From Candidatus Jettenia ecosi (GTDB lineage: Bacteria; Planctomycetota; Brocadiia; Brocadiales; Brocadiaceae): a stretch of DNA of 32,000 nt. The notes beneath the pieces were generated by a model. The model made no database searches, had not been told where the DNA came from, and saw only the letters and a program-made list of their open reading frames with translations. The stretch is taken from assembly GCA_005524015.1 (NCBI GenBank), contig SULG01000002.1:4221-36220 (forward strand), written 5' to 3'. A program made the translations under genes and the position numbers. This document shows, piece by piece, positions 27,980 to 32,000 of the stretch. Position 1 is the first letter of the stretch. Each line of letters starts with the position of its first letter.

Positions 27980-28027
27980 GTGACATGTCACGCCTTTGTG
28001 ACATGTCACAGAAGCGTGACATGTCAC
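27980..28027. repeat. Triple GTGACATGTCAC palindrome with 18-bp period
   Basis: Exact copies at 27980-27991, 27998-28009 and 28016-28027. Confidence 0.93.
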
Positions 28028-28412
28028 GTTTTCTGTGTTTCATTTTGGTAATCTCTTGTTTTGTAATTATACCATCTATACTATTCTGCATGTATCCGTA
28101 AATCTAAATCCGTAAAAAAATACTATCGCAAGGCTATTTCCTGTGTCTATCCTTATGACATTGTTATACCTTGTCTATTTTCCTGCCATAATTATCCTTA
28201 CTTCATATGAAAACAACCCACCTGGATAACATCTTATTTTTCATTATTCTCTCCTGCCACAATAAATGACACTCATTTCTCTATGTTTTTTACGATCTAA
28301 AGGTGTACAGAAGTTTACTCTTAAAAATAAAATAATCAATTTCCACATTCCTTGAGATATTGGCATATATTTTTCTATATACACTCTCAAGTAATTAAAA
28401 AAGATTTTTTCA

Positions 28413-29852
28413 ATGTGTTTTTCACCGTGCCATATAAATAGTGCTATGTTAAAAGAACATTATGTCATATTCAGAGGCCTGATGACGTTTTCAGACATGT
28501 GTATAGTCTTTGCTACTTTCTTTTTAGGATTTTACTTAAGAAAACATCCTAATGGTTATTATCAGATGAGTGATTATCTTATCCTTATACCTATACTTCT
28601 TATTATTTGGGGAGTCCTTTTATACTGCTTTGGAATGTATAACTCCTTCAGAACCAAACATATATCAGATGTCTTATTTATTGTAATCGAAGCAGCTCTT
28701 GTTGGATGTAGTCTTTTTGGAAGCTTCATCTTCATCACAAAAATGAATTCCGTTAGCAGACTCCATATCGTTTACTCATTTCTTTTCGCAGTAATGTTCA
28801 TAAGTATTGAAAAAATTGCTCTCATACAATTTTTTCGGTATCAACGGAAAAAAGGTTTTAATACAAGGAATATTTTAATCGTTGGAACAGGTGTAAGGGC
28901 GCAACATCTTATCAATTTAATTAACAATCATCCTGAATGGGGAATCAGGATAATCGGTCTCGTCGATAATGATACAACAAAAATAAACACGATGATCTGT
29001 GGATACAAAGTAATCGGATCCTTTAACGATGTAAGTGATATTCTTCATAATTGTGTTGTTGACGAGGTTATATTTGTTGTTCCGCGCTCATGGCTCAGCA
29101 AGATTGAAAAGATAATGTCTATGTGTGAGATTGAGGGATTAAAGGTAAGTGTGGCGCTTGATTTATTTGAACTTAAATTATCAAAGGCAAAATATAGTAA
29201 TTTGGAAAAGCTTCCTTTGCTTACCTTTGAGAGTACACCCGATAAATTATTGCATCTTTTTATTAAGCGATTATTTGACTTAGGTATTTCTACAACTGCC
29301 CTTGTCTTATCATCGCCGGTTTTTGCGTTAGCTGCTATAACGGTAAAAATGACATCAAGAGGGCACATCTTTTTTAAACAGCAAAGATGTAGCCTGAATG
29401 GCAGAACATTTACCATGTATAAGTTCAGAACAATGGTTGAAGATGCCGAAAGCAAACTCAACGACCTTCTTAAATATAATGAAATGAAAGGCCCTGCCTT
29501 TAAAATGAAAAACGATCCCAGAGTAACGAGGGTTGGGAAATTTTTAAGAAAATTTAGTATAGATGAACTACCACAATTATGGAGTGTATTTAAAGGTGAT
29601 ATGAGCCTGGTGGGCCCAAGGCCTCCCATTCCGAATGAAGTAAGTAAATATGAGCCCTGGCAACGAAGACGGCTCAGTATGCGACCAGGTTTAACATGCC
29701 TTTGGCAGGCATGCGGAAGAAATAAAATAACTGATTTTAACGAATGGATGCGGCTGGACTTAACGTATATTGATAACTGGTCGCTCTGGCTTGATTGTAA
29801 AATATTATTAAAAACACTACCGGTAGTGTTGTTTGGAGTAGGAGCAAAATAG
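28413..29852 (+). CDS. Exopolysaccharide polyprenyl glycosylphosphotransferase
   Basis: N-terminal TM helices, CoA-binding-like domain, then 'GHIFFKQQRCSLNGRTFTMYKFRTMVEDAE', 'KFLRKFSIDELPQLWSVFKGDMSLVGPRPP'. Confidence 0.95.
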   Translation: MCFSPCHINSAMLKEHYVIFRGLMTFSDMCIVFATFFLGFYLRKHPNGYYQMSDYLILIPILLIIWGVLLYCFGMYNSFRTKHISDVLFIVIEAALVGCSLFGSFIFITKMNSVSRLHIVYSFLFAVMFISIEKIALIQFFRYQRKKGFNTRNILIVGTGVRAQHLINLINNHPEWGIRIIGLVDNDTTKINTMICGYKVIGSFNDVSDILHNCVVDEVIFVVPRSWLSKIEKIMSMCEIEGLKVSVALDLFELKLSKAKYSNLEKLPLLTFESTPDKLLHLFIKRLFDLGISTTALVLSSPVFALAAITVKMTSRGHIFFKQQRCSLNGRTFTMYKFRTMVEDAESKLNDLLKYNEMKGPAFKMKNDPRVTRVGKFLRKFSIDELPQLWSVFKGDMSLVGPRPPIPNEVSKYEPWQRRRLSMRPGLTCLWQACGRNKITDFNEWMRLDLTYIDNWSLWLDCKILLKTLPVVLFGVGAK

Positions 29853-29860
29853 AATCAAAA

Positions 29861-30775
29861 TTGGAAAATCAAATACCGAATAGTTTTAATCACGCTTTGA
29901 TTTTTGAATTACTCTTTCATGAGGGGGTAAAGAAATTGAAAAACATATTCATAAGTTTGTTGATATTTTCTAGTGTGTTTATAGCAATGGCATTCAATTA
30001 TGCTGATGAATCTGCAAAACAATATACCGTTGGGGTAGACGATGTACTTGAGATAAGTGTGCTAGGACATGATGAACTAAAAACGGTAGCACATGTCGCA
30101 TCAGATGGGGCAATATCTTTTCCCTATGTAGGAGTGCTTTATGTGAAAGGCATGAGCCTTTCAGAAATAGAAAAGGAACTATCGAAAAAGCTCTCCGGCG
30201 GTTACATAAAGTATGCAGTAGTATCGGTAACCCTATCAAGTTATAAGAGCATGAAGTTTTTTGTGTACGGTGAAGTCGGAAGCCCGGGAAGGTTTGATCT
30301 CGAAGATAATATCACTGTATTAAAAGCTATTTCAACAGCCGGCGGTATTACTCCAGACGGCCTTTATGGCAATGTAAAACTAAGGAGGAAACAGAAAACT
30401 AAACCCGGATACAAGGAAATCAATATAAATCTAAAAAACACAAAAGAGAGTCATTTACATGCAGATATGCCTATTGAAAGTGAAGATATAGTGATTGTAG
30501 AGCGTAGTAATAGTTTTTTTGTCTATGGTGAGGTTTTAAAACCAGGTAAATTTATTCTTGAGGAAAATACTACAGTCCTTAAGGCTATATCTCTTTCCGG
30601 CGGTTTTGCAAAATATGGTTCTCCTGACAGGGTTAAGATACTCAGGACAGAACAGGGCAAATCAGGATATAAAAGTATCAAAGTTGATATGAAAGGCGCT
30701 GTAAACGGTCAAATAGGAAAAGATATTCTTATAGAACCAGAAGATATAGTAATTGTATTAGAAGGAATTCTTTAG
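29861..30775 (+). CDS. Polysaccharide export protein, Wza-like, two SLBB repeats
   Basis: 'YTVGVDDVLEISVLGHDELKTVAHVASDGAISFPYVGVLYVKGMS' plus two 'FFVYGEV..PG.F.LE.N.TVLKAIS..GG' modules. Confidence 0.93.
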   Translation: MENQIPNSFNHALIFELLFHEGVKKLKNIFISLLIFSSVFIAMAFNYADESAKQYTVGVDDVLEISVLGHDELKTVAHVASDGAISFPYVGVLYVKGMSLSEIEKELSKKLSGGYIKYAVVSVTLSSYKSMKFFVYGEVGSPGRFDLEDNITVLKAISTAGGITPDGLYGNVKLRRKQKTKPGYKEININLKNTKESHLHADMPIESEDIVIVERSNSFFVYGEVLKPGKFILEENTTVLKAISLSGGFAKYGSPDRVKILRTEQGKSGYKSIKVDMKGAVNGQIGKDILIEPEDIVIVLEGIL

Positions 30776-30784
30776 GGGATTACC

Positions 30785-32000
30785 ATGAATTTGAATTTTT
30801 CAGGAAGTACGTTACGAGACTATCTCAGGATTATATTCGGGCACAAGACTGTAATCATCAATACGCTGGTGATCATCATGATAAGTGTCTTAATTGGTCA
30901 GGAGCTTAAGACTCCCGTTTACCAAGCTCAGGTTAAGATGTTAGTTTCGGCAGAAAAACAATTTGAGAGCCCCTATTATAGAGTTTTGGAAGGCTATCAA
31001 CATATGACTCAGAATGAGATTGTATTCTCAAATCCTGTAATTGAACGTGCTGTTAAAGTGCTTAAGCTCCACGAGCGCCCGAGTGATTATGAACTAAATT
31101 ACTGTTCTGTGTTTAAAGCATGGTTAATTCATGTAAAAGACAAATACCTGGTGAATTTAAAGCCCAACTGGCTGACGGAACTCCAGCAGAAGAAACTGGA
31201 ATCAAAACATATTTCACCTGAACAAGAGCGGGCGTATGCCTTCCGGATGAATGTTGAAAATTTAAAAACTACCATAACCGTTGAACCAATAAAAGATACA
31301 AACATATTTACCATAGGCGCTACTGATTTTGATCCTGTAGCAGCAGCTACGATTGCCAATGTGGTAAGCCGCTCATATATTATTTTTGATCTTGAACAGC
31401 AATTGGCGCAACTCCAACTGCAATATGAGAAAAAACATCCTATTATCATACAATTGAGAAATGAAATTGATAAGATGACGAGAAATCTTGCAGGCGATAC
31501 ACTTCCCGATTTAGAGGCAATCGGGCCTGCAACTGTTAAGGTTATTGAGCAAGCACAGATCCCTCTCAGACCAATAGGAATAAGCAAGCGTATTACTATG
31601 GTTATTGCGCTTTTTATGGGTTTATTTGTGGGAGTTATGCTTACATTTGGGCTTGAATATATTGATCATACCCTTAAGTCGCCACTTGATGTAGAGACAT
31701 TTCTCAATGTACCGCTTTTGGGTTCTCTCCCACGGAAAGGATTTAAAGATAAAAAGTTAATTAAGGATAAAAGGCGGACAACTCCTCTTGCGCAGTTTTA
31801 TCACAACCTTTCCGATCGGGTACAAATATTGATGAAAGAGAAAAATGTAAGGTCTATTTTGATAACAGCCTCTTCACCCTCTGACGGCTCTACAACTATT
31901 ATCGCTAATCTGGGTAATTTCTTATCCAACAAAGCAGGCCATAAAGTACTTATCATAGATGCTAACTTAAAAACTCCCACTATGCATAAAATATTTAAAA
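30785..32000 (+). CDS. Wzz-type chain-length determinant fused to BY-kinase-like ATPase domain, 3' truncated by window edge
   Basis: ATG at 30785; N-terminal Wzz region 'YLRIIFGHKTVIINTLVIIMISVL', 'PLRPIGISKRITMVIALFMGLFVGVMLTFGLEYIDHTLKSP', then 'ILITASSPSDGSTTIIANLGNFLSNKAGHKVLIIDANLKTPTMHKIF'. Confidence 0.9.
   Translation, partial: MNLNFSGSTLRDYLRIIFGHKTVIINTLVIIMISVLIGQELKTPVYQAQVKMLVSAEKQFESPYYRVLEGYQHMTQNEIVFSNPVIERAVKVLKLHERPSDYELNYCSVFKAWLIHVKDKYLVNLKPNWLTELQQKKLESKHISPEQERAYAFRMNVENLKTTITVEPIKDTNIFTIGATDFDPVAAATIANVVSRSYIIFDLEQQLAQLQLQYEKKHPIIIQLRNEIDKMTRNLAGDTLPDLEAIGPATVKVIEQAQIPLRPIGISKRITMVIALFMGLFVGVMLTFGLEYIDHTLKSPLDVETFLNVPLLGSLPRKGFKDKKLIKDKRRTTPLAQFYHNLSDRVQILMKEKNVRSILITASSPSDGSTTIIANLGNFLSNKAGHKVLIIDANLKTPTMHKIFK

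Noticed and set aside
27980-28027. 18-bp-period palindromes considered as a mini CRISPR
   Set aside because: Palindrome 12 bp, gaps only 6 bp, no cas genes. Fits a protein-binding array or repeat better.

Overview
The window looks like a chromosomal segment from an anammox-type planctomycete (Brocadiales). That taxonomic call is inference from gene content and style. Left to right it holds five blocks. (1) A signalling block: a PAS histidine kinase truncated at the left edge, two tandem paralogous sigma54-dependent response regulators, a PAS/HD-GYP protein, an orphan zinc-ribbon protein and a PAS-GGDEF diguanylate cyclase. It is interspersed with intergenic regions rich in short palindromic or MITE-like repeats. 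(2) A probable type-II fatty-acid/polyketide-like lipid block at about 11.4-20.3 kb: acpS, a B12-binding-type radical SAM enzyme, a degraded nuclease-like remnant, an intact ketosynthase whose N-terminus extends upstream without an ATG/GTG/TTG start, a second ketosynthase-like protein whose catalytic Cys-His-His is replaced by Phe-Asn-Glu (KSbeta/chain-length-factor-like), an OYE/2,4-dienoyl-CoA-reductase-like flavoenzyme, an enoyl-CoA hydratase, a FabG and a muconolactone-isomerase-like protein. (3) Convergent hemA and a ccsA/hemX-like gene. (4) A possible sulfur-transfer operon: DUF1858, NifU-like, ATC-hydrolase-like, ThiF/MoeB-like E1 and a SufS-like desulfurase. (5) An exopolysaccharide export block: an outer-membrane beta-barrel, a polyprenyl glycosylphosphotransferase, a Wza-like protein and a Wzz/BY-kinase-like protein that lacks the Walker A lysine and runs off the right edge. 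The best candidate for an undescribed system is the KSalpha/KSbeta + radical SAM + OYE + isomerase-like cluster. It resembles cluster types proposed for ladderane lipid synthesis, but its product cannot be deduced from sequence.
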